From positions 864,001 through 928,000 of the forward strand of contig OZ255842.1 in the NCBI GenBank assembly GCA_965277805.1: a DNA stretch of 64,000 nucleotides, given 5' to 3'. Source of the DNA: Candidatus Lustribacter sp. (GTDB lineage: Bacteria > Vulcanimicrobiota > Vulcanimicrobiia > Vulcanimicrobiales > Vulcanimicrobiaceae). A model generated the notes under the pieces. It searched no databases. It saw only the letters and a list, made by a program, of their open reading frames with translations, and was not told the DNA's origin. Numbering within the stretch: position 1 is the stretch's first letter; every line of letters begins with the position of its first letter. A program made the position numbers and the translations under genes. This document shows, in pieces, positions 18,591-27,968 of the stretch.

Positions 18591-19652
18591 GTGGTCGAAA
18601 CGAAGGACACGACCCCGCGTTTGGTCGAGCCCGCAACCGAAGACGAACTCCAGCAGCTTTTTCTCGATAACAACTGGACCGACAAACTGCCGATCGTTCT
18701 TCCCACCGAAGAGCGCGTCGCGGCGATGTTGGCGCACACGAGCCGCAAACCGCAAGAAGTCGTCGGCCGCATGCAGCCGACGGCCAACCGCGGCCTGTGG
18801 GAATACACGGTCGAGAAAGTCGCCGTCAACGCCGTGATGTCGGGCGCAAAGCCCGAGTACTTCCCGGTGATCCTCGCGCTCGCCGCATCGGAAGTCACCG
18901 CGCGCGGGAGCACGTCGAGCTCGGGCGCCGCGATGGTCGTCGTGAACGGCCCGATCCGCCACGAGATCAACATGAACTCGGGGATCGGCGCGCTCGGCCC
19001 GTATAACCACGCCAACGCCACGATCGGCCGTGCGTACGGCCTTCTTTCGCAGAACCTGCAAGGCGGCTCGGTGCCGGGCGAGACCTTCATGGGCTCGCAA
19101 GGCAACAACTACACCTACAACAACATCACGTTCGCCGAGAACGAAGAGCGCAGTCCGTGGGAACCGCTGCACGTGCAGAAGGGGTTCAAGCCCACCGACA
19201 GCGTGGTGAACGTGTTCTACGGGTGCCGCTCGACGACGTTTTGTCTGGGCTTGCGCGAAAAATACTGGCGCGAACACGTCAAGGACATGCTGGCCGGTAT
19301 CGAACCGAATACGCCGCCGTGCTTACTGCTCGACCCGATCACGGCGCAGCAGTTCATCGATCGCGGCGGGTTCGTGAAAAAGGCCGACTTGATTCGCTAC
19401 ATCACGGAAAGCGCGACGATGCCGGCGGGCCGCTACTGGGATCTGCAGCTCGTGCAGAACTACGTCTATCCGTGGGCGACGTTCGGCCGCGAACCCGAAG
19501 CGACGAAGCTCAAGGCCAAGGACGACGAGCTGATCCAGGTTTGGGAAGAAAAGAACATCAACGTCGTCGTGGTCGGCGGCGAGACCAACGGCTACTGGCG
19601 CATGATGGGCGCCACGTACCGCAAGTCCGTTTCGATCGACGACTGGCGCTGA
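18591..19652 (+). CDS. UGSC-associated protein (WTDxLP..PT domain)
   Basis: WTDKLPIVLPTEERV, TVEKVAVNAVM, VVVNGP, ANATIGRA, AENEE, SPW. Confidence 0.75.
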   Translation: MVETKDTTPRLVEPATEDELQQLFLDNNWTDKLPIVLPTEERVAAMLAHTSRKPQEVVGRMQPTANRGLWEYTVEKVAVNAVMSGAKPEYFPVILALAASEVTARGSTSSSGAAMVVVNGPIRHEINMNSGIGALGPYNHANATIGRAYGLLSQNLQGGSVPGETFMGSQGNNYTYNNITFAENEERSPWEPLHVQKGFKPTDSVVNVFYGCRSTTFCLGLREKYWREHVKDMLAGIEPNTPPCLLLDPITAQQFIDRGGFVKKADLIRYITESATMPAGRYWDLQLVQNYVYPWATFGREPEATKLKAKDDELIQVWEEKNINVVVVGGETNGYWRMMGATYRKSVSIDDWR

Positions 19653-19678
19653 CGGCGAGGTCGATCGGCAGTCAAGCA

Positions 19679-21121
19679 TTAAGCCATCGCCTGTTCGGCT
19701 TCCAGTACGATGCGTTTCGCCATGTTGTTGAAGATGAATTCGTGGAACGCAACCACGGCATACCAGTAGGCGAAGCCTAACGCGCCGTGCGGATCGAAGA
19801 ACGCCGTTTGCCGCAAGCATGTCCCGCCGTCGTCACGCGGTAGGGCCTCGAACTGCAGCCATGCAAAACCCGGCAACCGCATCTCCGCCCGTAACCGCAA
19901 AAGTTCGTTCGGCTTGTATGCTTCGACGCGCCAGAAATCGACCGCGTCGCCGGCACGCAACGTCGTCGCCGAACGCCGGCCCCGCCGCGTACCGATCCCG
20001 CCCACCATCCGGTCGAGGGCGCCGCGCAAGTCCCACAGCCAGTCCGCGTAGAGCCAGCCTTTCGCTCCGCCGAGGCTTGTAAAAATGCGAAACACGTCGC
20101 TCGGCGAGGCTTTGCTCTCGCGCTCGCGGCGGTCGATCAGCATACCCTGTTCCGAGCCCGTGAAATTGGCAGGCAGCGTTTGAACGTCAAAAGCATCAAA
20201 CCACGTCGTCTCGGGCCCGAGCGTTGAATAGCGATCCAGCGCGCGTTCTACCGCAACGTCGAAACCCACCGGCACGATCTCCGGAAAGAGTTCGCGTGCG
20301 CTCGAGTCGTGGACGATGACTTCGTTGAACAGACCCTCGACGAGGGGGCGTGCAATGGCCGCCGGGATCGGCGTGATCAGGTGAATCCAAAGGCTCGAGA
20401 GGCGCGGGCTGAGCAGCGGTACGGGAACGATCGTCCGCGTCAGCCCGCGAATCTTTGCATAGCGCAGCATCAGGTCGCGATATGGCAATACGTCCGCACC
20501 TCCGATCTCGATGATTCGGCCGGCGCTCTCCGGCGTGTCGAGCGCGGCGACAAGGTAGCATAGCACGTCGCGAATGCCGATCGGCTGACAGCGGGTGGCG
20601 ACCCATTTTGGCGCGATCATCACCGGCAGCCGTTCCGTCAGGTCGCGCAGCATTTCAAATGAAATGCTTCCCGAACCAACGATGATCGCCGCACGAAATT
20701 CGGTGACGGGAACGCCGCTCGCGCGCAGTTCGTCACCGACCTCGTGCCGGCTCTTCAGGTGTTTGGAGAGCTTTGCGTTCTGATCTTGGCCGAGTCCGCC
20801 GAGAAAGATGATCCGCCCGACGCCGGCGGCCGCCGCGACCTTCCCGAAAAGGCGCGCCCCCTCACGGTCGCGTTGGGAGAAATCGCGGCGATCGTCGGAC
20901 ATCGAGTGCACGAGATAGTAGGTGACGTCGCAATCGCGTAGCGCTTCGCCGAGCGAAGCCTCATCGAAAAGATCGCCCTGCGCGACTTCCGCTCCCGGAA
21001 ACCGCCCGGCGATTCTGCCGGGATCGCGCGCAAAGCACCGTACGGTGTGGCCCGCGTCGAGTAACGCCGGAATGAGCCGGCCGCCGATGTAGCCCGTGGC
21101 TCCGGTAACGAGGATGCGCAT
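19679..21121 (-). CDS. YbjT-like atypical SDR with DUF2867 domain
   Basis: TGATGYIG, IVGSGS, DFWRV, LRLRAEMRLPG. Confidence 0.92.
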   Translation of the reverse strand: MRILVTGATGYIGGRLIPALLDAGHTVRCFARDPGRIAGRFPGAEVAQGDLFDEASLGEALRDCDVTYYLVHSMSDDRRDFSQRDREGARLFGKVAAAAGVGRIIFLGGLGQDQNAKLSKHLKSRHEVGDELRASGVPVTEFRAAIIVGSGSISFEMLRDLTERLPVMIAPKWVATRCQPIGIRDVLCYLVAALDTPESAGRIIEIGGADVLPYRDLMLRYAKIRGLTRTIVPVPLLSPRLSSLWIHLITPIPAAIARPLVEGLFNEVIVHDSSARELFPEIVPVGFDVAVERALDRYSTLGPETTWFDAFDVQTLPANFTGSEQGMLIDRRERESKASPSDVFRIFTSLGGAKGWLYADWLWDLRGALDRMVGGIGTRRGRRSATTLRAGDAVDFWRVEAYKPNELLRLRAEMRLPGFAWLQFEALPRDDGGTCLRQTAFFDPHGALGFAYWYAVVAFHEFIFNNMAKRIVLEAEQAMA

Positions 21122-21170
21122 GGGCTCCTCTTCCCCCCGGGGATGCCTTTGCTCGCTTGTAACGCCGGTA

Positions 21171-22118
21171 TCAATGCCAGTAGGGGGCGGAGTCGGTGAC
21201 GATCTGCTGCGTATCGAACGGCTGCTTTAGCGCGCCGTACTTCACCGCGGTGTCGATGCCCGGCTGAAGGAGCGCGCGCGTGAGCTGCTCGCCGTACGTG
21301 GCGCGCACCATCGTTTTGAAGAGCGCCGGGTCGATGCCGGCTACGGGCGCGAAGATTTTCGCCGTCTCGGCGTGATGCGTGTTGGCGTAGTGCGCCGTTT
21401 CGCGCATCGCAGCCACGAACCGACGCGTTGCGTCCGGATTCGCCGCCGCCCAAGATTTGGAAATCACGAAGACCGAGCTGATCCATGCGGGGGCAACGGC
21501 GGCGAACGCGTTTCCGAGCACCTCGACGTCGTCTTTGGCCGGGGTCAGGAGCGGCTCGCCGAGCATCGCAGCAGCGATGCGCCCCTGTTTGAGCGCGGCG
21601 ACCATGCTCGATTCGGGCAGTTCGACGAAGTGCGTGGAGTGCGAGTCGCCGCCGTTTTTGTCGATCCACGTCTCGGCGCCGAGCTGCAGCGTGCCGCCGA
21701 GGGTCGTCGTGCCGATGATCTTGCCGTTGAGATCGGCGGCCGTACGCAGTTGCGTGTTCCCGCGCACCTTCACGAGTTTGGTGTTCTCCCGGTCTTCCAT
21801 CGCCAGGTCGGCCGGCGCGACGACGATGATCGGGATGCCGTTTTCAATGGCCTGAACGGCCGAAGTGATGTTGGAGAAACCGGCTTCGAGCGAGCCGCCC
21901 GCAACGGCCGCAACGACGGCACCGCCGCCGTTGTACGACGTAACCGTTGCGTCGATGCCGTACTTCTTAAAGATACCGGCGCCTTGCGCGAACAGCGGCT
22001 CGGCGCTGCCGTCGGCAGAACCGAGCACGGCAATGCGCATCGGCGTCAGCGTGCTTTGCGCCAGCGCGCTCGCGGGCAGCAGCGCCGCGAGTACGGCAAT
22101 GACGATGCAGCGTATCAC
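21171..22118 (-). CDS. ABC substrate-binding protein, NMT1/SsuA family
   Basis: Signal peptide; DLNGKIIG, WIDKNGGD, GEP; paralogue of 1592. Confidence 0.9.
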   Translation of the reverse strand: MIRCIVIAVLAALLPASALAQSTLTPMRIAVLGSADGSAEPLFAQGAGIFKKYGIDATVTSYNGGGAVVAAVAGGSLEAGFSNITSAVQAIENGIPIIVVAPADLAMEDRENTKLVKVRGNTQLRTAADLNGKIIGTTTLGGTLQLGAETWIDKNGGDSHSTHFVELPESSMVAALKQGRIAAAMLGEPLLTPAKDDVEVLGNAFAAVAPAWISSVFVISKSWAAANPDATRRFVAAMRETAHYANTHHAETAKIFAPVAGIDPALFKTMVRATYGEQLTRALLQPGIDTAVKYGALKQPFDTQQIVTDSAPYWH

Positions 22119-23317
22119 TTCAGCGGCTTACCACCCGGTTCGCTCGCGGCGACCCAGGTTTTCTTTGCCGCGTCCCAGCGGCAAACGACGATCGCATCGA
22201 GGCCGATGCCGCGCTGGCTGCCGTCGGTGAAATCGTAGTAGCCGTCGGAACCCGGGAAGTGCTTGAGGCTTTCGATGTAGTCGAGCACTTGTTTCGGGGT
22301 TGCGTTCGTGCCGACGTGTTTGAGCGCGTCGATGATCACGAGCGTCGGATCCCACGATTGGCTGTTGCCGACGTCCGGATCTATGCCTTGCGCGTTGAAG
22401 GCCTTGTAGAAGAGTTGTTGCGCGTCGCGCACGGGACCCTTCGGCGTGATGTCGCGCGAGATGAAGCCCGGCGCAACGAAGTAGATCTCTTTCGGCAGGA
22501 TCGCCGTGTACTGGTCCATCTGGGCGTGGATGACGTTGCCGAGACTCGACATCACCGGCAGATTGTCGAGGCCCGCATCTTTCAGCGCGCGTAGGACCGT
22601 AGCGGTTGATGTTCCGACGGTGGCGTCGAGGATCACGTCGGGATTGAACGATTTCATCTTCGCGACTTGTGCGGCCACGCTGATGTCGCTGGGTGCGAAA
22701 TGCTCGCGATCGAGCAGCTTCAGGCCCGGATATTTGCCGGAGTTGTACTCATCGACCCAGCGGGCTTCGGTGTCTTGTCCCGTCGCGTCGGTCGAAGAGA
22801 TGATCACCGCGTTCTTCCAGCCTTTGGCCTCGAGGAACGTCATCTGCGCCTTCGCCTGATCGTTGCTCGAGGATCCGCCGGAGAAGAGCAGGCTTCCGGC
22901 GGCGGGATGCAACGTCGGCGCGAAGCAGTACGTGACCGGACCGTTGGCTGCCACGACGAGCGGCTGCACCGCGAGACACGAGGCCAGATACGTCGGCCCC
23001 AAGAGGACGTTGGGTTTCTTCGCAATGATGCCGCTGGCGATTTGGGCCGCCGTCGCGGGGTTGGACGCGTCGTCTTGGATCACCATCTTGATCTGCTGAC
23101 CCTTGATGCCGCCCGACTTGTTCACGATCGACTCGATGGCGCGCACCGAGGCGGCTTCGGCTTGGCCGATAAACGCGAACGGACCGGTGAGCGAGACGAT
23201 GACGTTGATCTCAAACGGTTCGGCCGCGCGACTCGGCGCGGCGGCTTGGAGCGGAATGACGAGTGCGGCCACGGCCGCAGCCGCAACGAGGACGCGGCGA
23301 AGCGAACGAATGTTCAA
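22115..23317 (-). CDS. Branched-chain amino acid-type (LivJ/K-like) substrate-binding protein
   Basis: SLTGP, NKSGGIKG, DDASNP, YDFT. Confidence 0.88.
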   Translation of the reverse strand: MNIRSLRRVLVAAAAVAALVIPLQAAAPSRAAEPFEINVIVSLTGPFAFIGQAEAASVRAIESIVNKSGGIKGQQIKMVIQDDASNPATAAQIASGIIAKKPNVLLGPTYLASCLAVQPLVVAANGPVTYCFAPTLHPAAGSLLFSGGSSSNDQAKAQMTFLEAKGWKNAVIISSTDATGQDTEARWVDEYNSGKYPGLKLLDREHFAPSDISVAAQVAKMKSFNPDVILDATVGTSTATVLRALKDAGLDNLPVMSSLGNVIHAQMDQYTAILPKEIYFVAPGFISRDITPKGPVRDAQQLFYKAFNAQGIDPDVGNSQSWDPTLVIIDALKHVGTNATPKQVLDYIESLKHFPGSDGYYDFTDGSQRGIGLDAIVVCRWDAAKKTWVAASEPGGKPLK

Positions 23318-23424
23318 GGCAAGACCCTCCGGGCATCGGGCCTTCGCGTTCGTCTGGAAGATTCCGGCGAAAATAAATCCCGCAACCGTAAGAATCTGCC
23401 ACGCTTGGACCGAAGGGCGGCCCT

Positions 23425-24003
23425 ATGAAAGCGTTTGCTATCCTCCTCGCCCTGCTGCTCGTGCCGATGGCGGCGCGCGCCGCGGATCATCCGGACATGT
23501 TCGTTTTGAGCTCACCGGATTTTGCTGACGACGGCTTTCTGAGCGCGGCGAACGCGGGTCGAGGAAAGAGCCCGCGTGGACCGTGGGCCTGCGGCGGGCA
23601 AGACGTCTCGCCGGCGCTGACGTGGTCGCACGCGCCGAAGGGCACGCAAACCTACGCCGTCATCATGGACGATCCGGATGCCGCGTCCGGCCGCGGCGGC
23701 ACGCATTGGATCGCCTACGACATTCCCGCTTCCGTGACCCATTTGCCGCGCAACGCCGGCAACGGCGACTCGAACCTCCTCGTCGGCGGCGACAATGGCG
23801 CGACGTACGCCTACCACGGCCCGTGCGCCGAACCGGACGCGAAAACGCATCACTTCCTATGGATGGTCTACGCGCTCGATCTACCGGTCGGCACGCTGCC
23901 GGCAAACCTCACCCAAGCGCAATTCATGGCGCGCATCAAAGGCCACAACCTCGCCGAGGCAAGCTTGATCTCGCGTTACATGCCCCGCTCGAAGAAGCAT
24001 TGA
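23425..24003 (+). CDS. YbhB/YbcL family (PEBP) protein, secreted
   Basis: SPALTW, DPDA, HW, YHGPC, YALD. Confidence 0.9.
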   Translation: MKAFAILLALLLVPMAARAADHPDMFVLSSPDFADDGFLSAANAGRGKSPRGPWACGGQDVSPALTWSHAPKGTQTYAVIMDDPDAASGRGGTHWIAYDIPASVTHLPRNAGNGDSNLLVGGDNGATYAYHGPCAEPDAKTHHFLWMVYALDLPVGTLPANLTQAQFMARIKGHNLAEASLISRYMPRSKKH

Positions 24004-24045
24004 TCCGGGCAGGAATCAAGCAAATGTAACGCTAGATGCAGACGC

Positions 24046-25152
24046 ATGCGGCGATTTGGAAATAATGCATTCGAGCTTGGGCTCTTTTCGTTCAACGTCC
24101 ACAACGGAATGGCGCATCTCGACGGTGAGGTGTGGGACAACACGTGGGAGCACAACGTGCAGGCCGCGCAGATGGCGGAAGAGGCCGGTCTCGAATTCTT
24201 GCTCCCGCTCTCCCGCTGGCAGGGTCAGCGCGGCTATCCGGCTGAGCCCGACGAACAAGGCGGCTCGTTCGAAACGATCACCTGGGCGTGCGGTCTGCTC
24301 GCCGAGACGAAGCGCATCGCGATCTTCGGTACGTTGTCGGTGGCCTACGTCAACCCGGTCTTCGGCGCGAAGCAATGCATCACGGCGCACCACATCGGCC
24401 GCGGCCGCTTCGGACTCAACATGGTGTCGGGTTCGCATCCGAAGGATGGGCCGATGTTCGGCGCGCCGGTCGGGCACCACGATAAGGACTACGATTACAC
24501 CGAAGAGTGGGTGACGATCGCGAAGCGCATCTGGACCGAGAACGCGCCGTTCGATTTCTCCGGTGAGTACTTCAATTTGAAGAACGTTCTGGTGAAGCCG
24601 AAGCCGTTCGGCGGCAACCGCCCGATGCTGATCAGCGCCGGCCACTCGCACCGCGGACGTGCGTTCGGCATGCAGCATGCCGACGCGCTCTTCACCGCGA
24701 TTACCGAGATGCGCAACGCGAAGGCTGAACTCAGTGCGGCGCGTGCAGCGAGCACCAGCGGCGAGTACGTGCCGATCTACGGCAGCAGCCATCTCTGCGC
24801 ACGTCCGACGCGCAAGGAAGCGGAAGAGTATTATCACCACGTCGTGTACGACCTCGGCGACTGGGCCGACATGGACACGCTGCTGCCGAACTGGCTGCGC
24901 GGCCGGACGATGGAAGTCGCCGACATCACGGCGCTCAAGGAGCGCATCATCAGCGGCGTCGGCACGTTTCTCGTGAAAGGCAGTTACGACGACGTCGTCG
25001 AGACGTATCGGCAGCTCCACGAAGCCGGCCTCGACGGCGTGGCCGTCGGGATGTTCGACTACATCGCGGACACCGAACGCCTGCGCGACGAGATCCTCCC
25101 GCGCATGGAGCGCATCGGCTTGCGCAAACCGGTCAAAGCCGGCGTGGCGTAA
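24046..25152 (+). CDS. LLM-class flavin-dependent monooxygenase
   Basis: AEEAGLEFLLPLSRW, GRFGLN, GEYF, AGHSHRG. Confidence 0.92.
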   Translation: MRRFGNNAFELGLFSFNVHNGMAHLDGEVWDNTWEHNVQAAQMAEEAGLEFLLPLSRWQGQRGYPAEPDEQGGSFETITWACGLLAETKRIAIFGTLSVAYVNPVFGAKQCITAHHIGRGRFGLNMVSGSHPKDGPMFGAPVGHHDKDYDYTEEWVTIAKRIWTENAPFDFSGEYFNLKNVLVKPKPFGGNRPMLISAGHSHRGRAFGMQHADALFTAITEMRNAKAELSAARAASTSGEYVPIYGSSHLCARPTRKEAEEYYHHVVYDLGDWADMDTLLPNWLRGRTMEVADITALKERIISGVGTFLVKGSYDDVVETYRQLHEAGLDGVAVGMFDYIADTERLRDEILPRMERIGLRKPVKAGVA

Positions 25153-26118
25153 ATGCCGTTCATGAAGACGCTCGACCGCCGCACGTTCGTCGCCGGTGCC
25201 GCCTCGGTCGCGGTGCTGGGTGCGGCAAAGGCTTCGCGCGCCGCAACGTTGCCGCACGTGCGCATCGGCACGGTGCCGGTCGACAGCTACGGCCAGCCGT
25301 ATTACGGCGACGCCGCGGGCATTTTTACCGCGGCCGGCATCGACGTGGAAGTTGTATCGCTAGCGAACTCGGGCGCGATCGCCGCGGCGATGTCCGGCGG
25401 CTCGATCGACGTCGGGATCGGAAGTCCGAGCGGTATCGCGGGGGCGCGGCTGAACGGATTCCCGTTCACGTTCTTCGCGCCCGGACCGATCTTTGCGGTC
25501 GATGCTACGGCCACAACGCTACTGATGGTAGCAAAGGACAGTCCCTTGAAAGTGCCCGCCGATCTCGCGGGCAAGACGATCGCCGTCGATTTGCTCAAAA
25601 GCGTGCCGCAGATTGCGATGATGACGTGGCTGCAGAAGAACGGCGTCGACCCGAGCAGCGTGAAATGGCTCGAGTTGCCGTTTGCCACGATGGGCGCGGC
25701 CCTTGCTGCCGGCCGCATCGACGCCGCGACCATTGCGGAACCGGCGCTGGGTGCCTCGCGCGATGTCGCCCGCGTGTTTGCCAACTACAGCGGTGCGATC
25801 GCGCCGCGCTTTTTCATCGGCGCCTGGTTTACAACCGAAGCTTGGATGAAAGCGAATCTGGCTCTCGCGCACCAGCTCGCGCGCGCGGTCGTGCAAGTCT
25901 CCGTCTATTCGGCCTCACATCCGCAGGATACGGCTGTGGTGCTGGAGCGGATATCGAAGCTGCCGCACGACGTGATCGCGCGCATCGGGCGTTGCCCGTT
26001 CGGCACGAAACTCGAACCGGCGATGCTGGAAGCACCGATCGTTGCCGCGGCCAAAGCCGGCGTCGTTCCAAACGGAGCCGTCGGTCAGGGCCTCATCTAT
26101 CCGGGATTCGCCTCATAA
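25153..26118 (+). CDS. ABC substrate-binding protein, NMT1/SsuA family, Tat-exported
   Basis: DRRTF Tat motif; DLAGKTIAV, GRIDAATIAEP. Confidence 0.88.
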   Translation: MPFMKTLDRRTFVAGAASVAVLGAAKASRAATLPHVRIGTVPVDSYGQPYYGDAAGIFTAAGIDVEVVSLANSGAIAAAMSGGSIDVGIGSPSGIAGARLNGFPFTFFAPGPIFAVDATATTLLMVAKDSPLKVPADLAGKTIAVDLLKSVPQIAMMTWLQKNGVDPSSVKWLELPFATMGAALAAGRIDAATIAEPALGASRDVARVFANYSGAIAPRFFIGAWFTTEAWMKANLALAHQLARAVVQVSVYSASHPQDTAVVLERISKLPHDVIARIGRCPFGTKLEPAMLEAPIVAAAKAGVVPNGAVGQGLIYPGFAS

Positions 26119-26190
26119 GCAAGCGGGCGAAGATGAGGGTTTGGTAAGTCTAAGCGGCACTTGAGCAAATTCCGGGAAATTGGAACGATC

Positions 26191-27162
26191 GTGAAGACCG
26201 CAGCTTGGCCCAACCCGCGACTCATCGTAGCGCCCATCATTCTCGCGCTCGGCCTATCGCCGGCCGTGGCGCTAGCGCAGAACGTGCCCTCGTATGCGGT
26301 TCCGGTGACCGCGCAGCCGCCGGCACCGCCCGCCGATCAAGAAACGATCCGCGGCACGATCTCGTCGATCGATAACAACGGGGGCCTGCAGCTGAACGAC
26401 GATCGCGGCTTCATCGACAGCGTGCAGATCCAGCCGAACACGATCATCAATCCGGGCGGCGTGCAGCTCAAATCGGGAATGGTCGTCACCATCGGCGGCG
26501 CCGCGCAAGGCCAGGTCTTCGCCGCCAATCACATCGACGTCGCGATGAACGGTCCGTCAGGGCCGCCGCCGCAGAATAACAACGGACCGCAAGGTCTGCC
26601 GCGAAACTCGGGTGCTTACGGCCCGCCGCAGCAGCGCGGCGATGATGCCTACGTTCAGCCTCCGCCGATCCCGCTGAAGTCGGGGATGGAGCTGTCCGGT
26701 ATTCTCGCAACGCCGCTCGACTCGAAAACGGCTGTGGTCGGGCAACCGGTGAACCTCACGGATGTCGTCGCGGCGAACGGCTCGATTAACGGCGCGTCGC
26801 TGTTGGGTACCGTCGTCGACGTCCAGCATCCGGGCCCGGGGCGTAACGCCCAGATCATGCTGCACTTCGATACGCTGCAAATGCGTGACGGCTCGACTGC
26901 GCCGATCGACGGCATGGTCGTTTCCATGAAGATCAAGACGAAAAGTAACGCCGCGAAAGAAGTGGGCGGCGCGCTCGTCGGCATGATCGTCGGCAACGTA
27001 CTCGGCAAAACGCTGCTCGGCGTGAGCGGCGGCGGAGTCGTCGGCGCCTTCGGCGGCTATCTCGTTGCCAAAGACGATCGTACCGACATCACCATCCCCG
27101 CCAACACCGGCGTCACCGTCCGCCTCGTCCACGAACGCCGTCAGACAACGTCGGGTCAGTAA
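26191..27162 (+). CDS. Secreted hypothetical protein with Gly-zipper C-terminus
   Basis: Signal peptide, beta domain, Pro/Gln linker, LHFD, GGALVG..G..G zipper; start uncertain (26161 or 26191). Confidence 0.7.
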   Translation: MKTAAWPNPRLIVAPIILALGLSPAVALAQNVPSYAVPVTAQPPAPPADQETIRGTISSIDNNGGLQLNDDRGFIDSVQIQPNTIINPGGVQLKSGMVVTIGGAAQGQVFAANHIDVAMNGPSGPPPQNNNGPQGLPRNSGAYGPPQQRGDDAYVQPPPIPLKSGMELSGILATPLDSKTAVVGQPVNLTDVVAANGSINGASLLGTVVDVQHPGPGRNAQIMLHFDTLQMRDGSTAPIDGMVVSMKIKTKSNAAKEVGGALVGMIVGNVLGKTLLGVSGGGVVGAFGGYLVAKDDRTDITIPANTGVTVRLVHERRQTTSGQ

Positions 27163-27233
27163 ATGGGCATCAGGGCTGACCGACGGCTCGGCCAGCCCCG
27201 ATATGCGTGAGGTACGAGTCGCGAAAAGATCGA

Positions 27234-27611
27234 TCAGTAGTCGACTTCGTAGAGGTAGGAACCAGCGATGGGCACGCAGTCCCGAATCTCCGGAGCGAAC
27301 CGTTGTTCGACGACGGTCTTCATCGCTGCTCGATCGAGCAACTTGGAACCGCTGGACTTTTCAATTGTCGCATTCTGCGGCGTGCCGGCCGCGCTGATCT
27401 CGAACCGCACGATCGCGGTTCCGTTTAGGGTGTAGTTCGGGGCGGGCGCGGGGGGTTCGGCGGGGTAGAAGGTCAAGGGCCGCGGGGGTGCGTTGCGGAT
27501 CGGACAGTATTCGTTTATGGGCAATGTCGTTTGCGCGGACGCCGCGACGCTGGATCCTCCAAGCATGAGGAGGAGGGTCGCCGCGGCAAGCGTGTTCTGT
27601 TGCTTCGTCAT
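27234..27611 (-). CDS. Small secreted TonB C-terminal domain protein
   Basis: GTAIVRFEI, SSG...LDRAA, RFAP; signal peptide ending ASA. Confidence 0.8.
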   Translation of the reverse strand: MTKQQNTLAAATLLLMLGGSSVAASAQTTLPINEYCPIRNAPPRPLTFYPAEPPAPAPNYTLNGTAIVRFEISAAGTPQNATIEKSSGSKLLDRAAMKTVVEQRFAPEIRDCVPIAGSYLYEVDY

Positions 27612-27880
27612 CGTTGTTTCTCCGTGCGACGGCGCAGTAGCGTGAAGACCGCCGTCACGACACTGGTAGCCGCAGCCGCGGCATTGCTCATTAGCTTGGG
27701 AAGACGTGGCTCCTCAAAGAGCGATGGGTACAATTCCTCGATTGGGAGAGTGCGAGTCGTCGTCACGGACTCGCGTTGCTCGCTGGTCGTCATTGCGCGT
27801 TGCCTGAGGAAGCGCCCGACGTCCGAGGCGGTAGGATCGGTAGAGTAGTTCGCGTTGGAATGAGTACGGTTGATGGTCAC
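27608..27880 (-). CDS. Small hypothetical protein
   Basis: AAGGAG RBS before GTG; ATGA overlap with the TonB-C gene. Confidence 0.45.
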   Translation of the reverse strand: MTINRTHSNANYSTDPTASDVGRFLRQRAMTTSEQRESVTTTRTLPIEELYPSLFEEPRLPKLMSNAAAAATSVVTAVFTLLRRRTEKQR

Positions 27881-27968
27881 TACTTGCTCCTTACATGCGA
27901 TGAGGTGCAAGAAGCGTAGGCGCCGTAGTGGCGAACGTTGATCCGGAAAACTACTCAATCGGAGCGGC

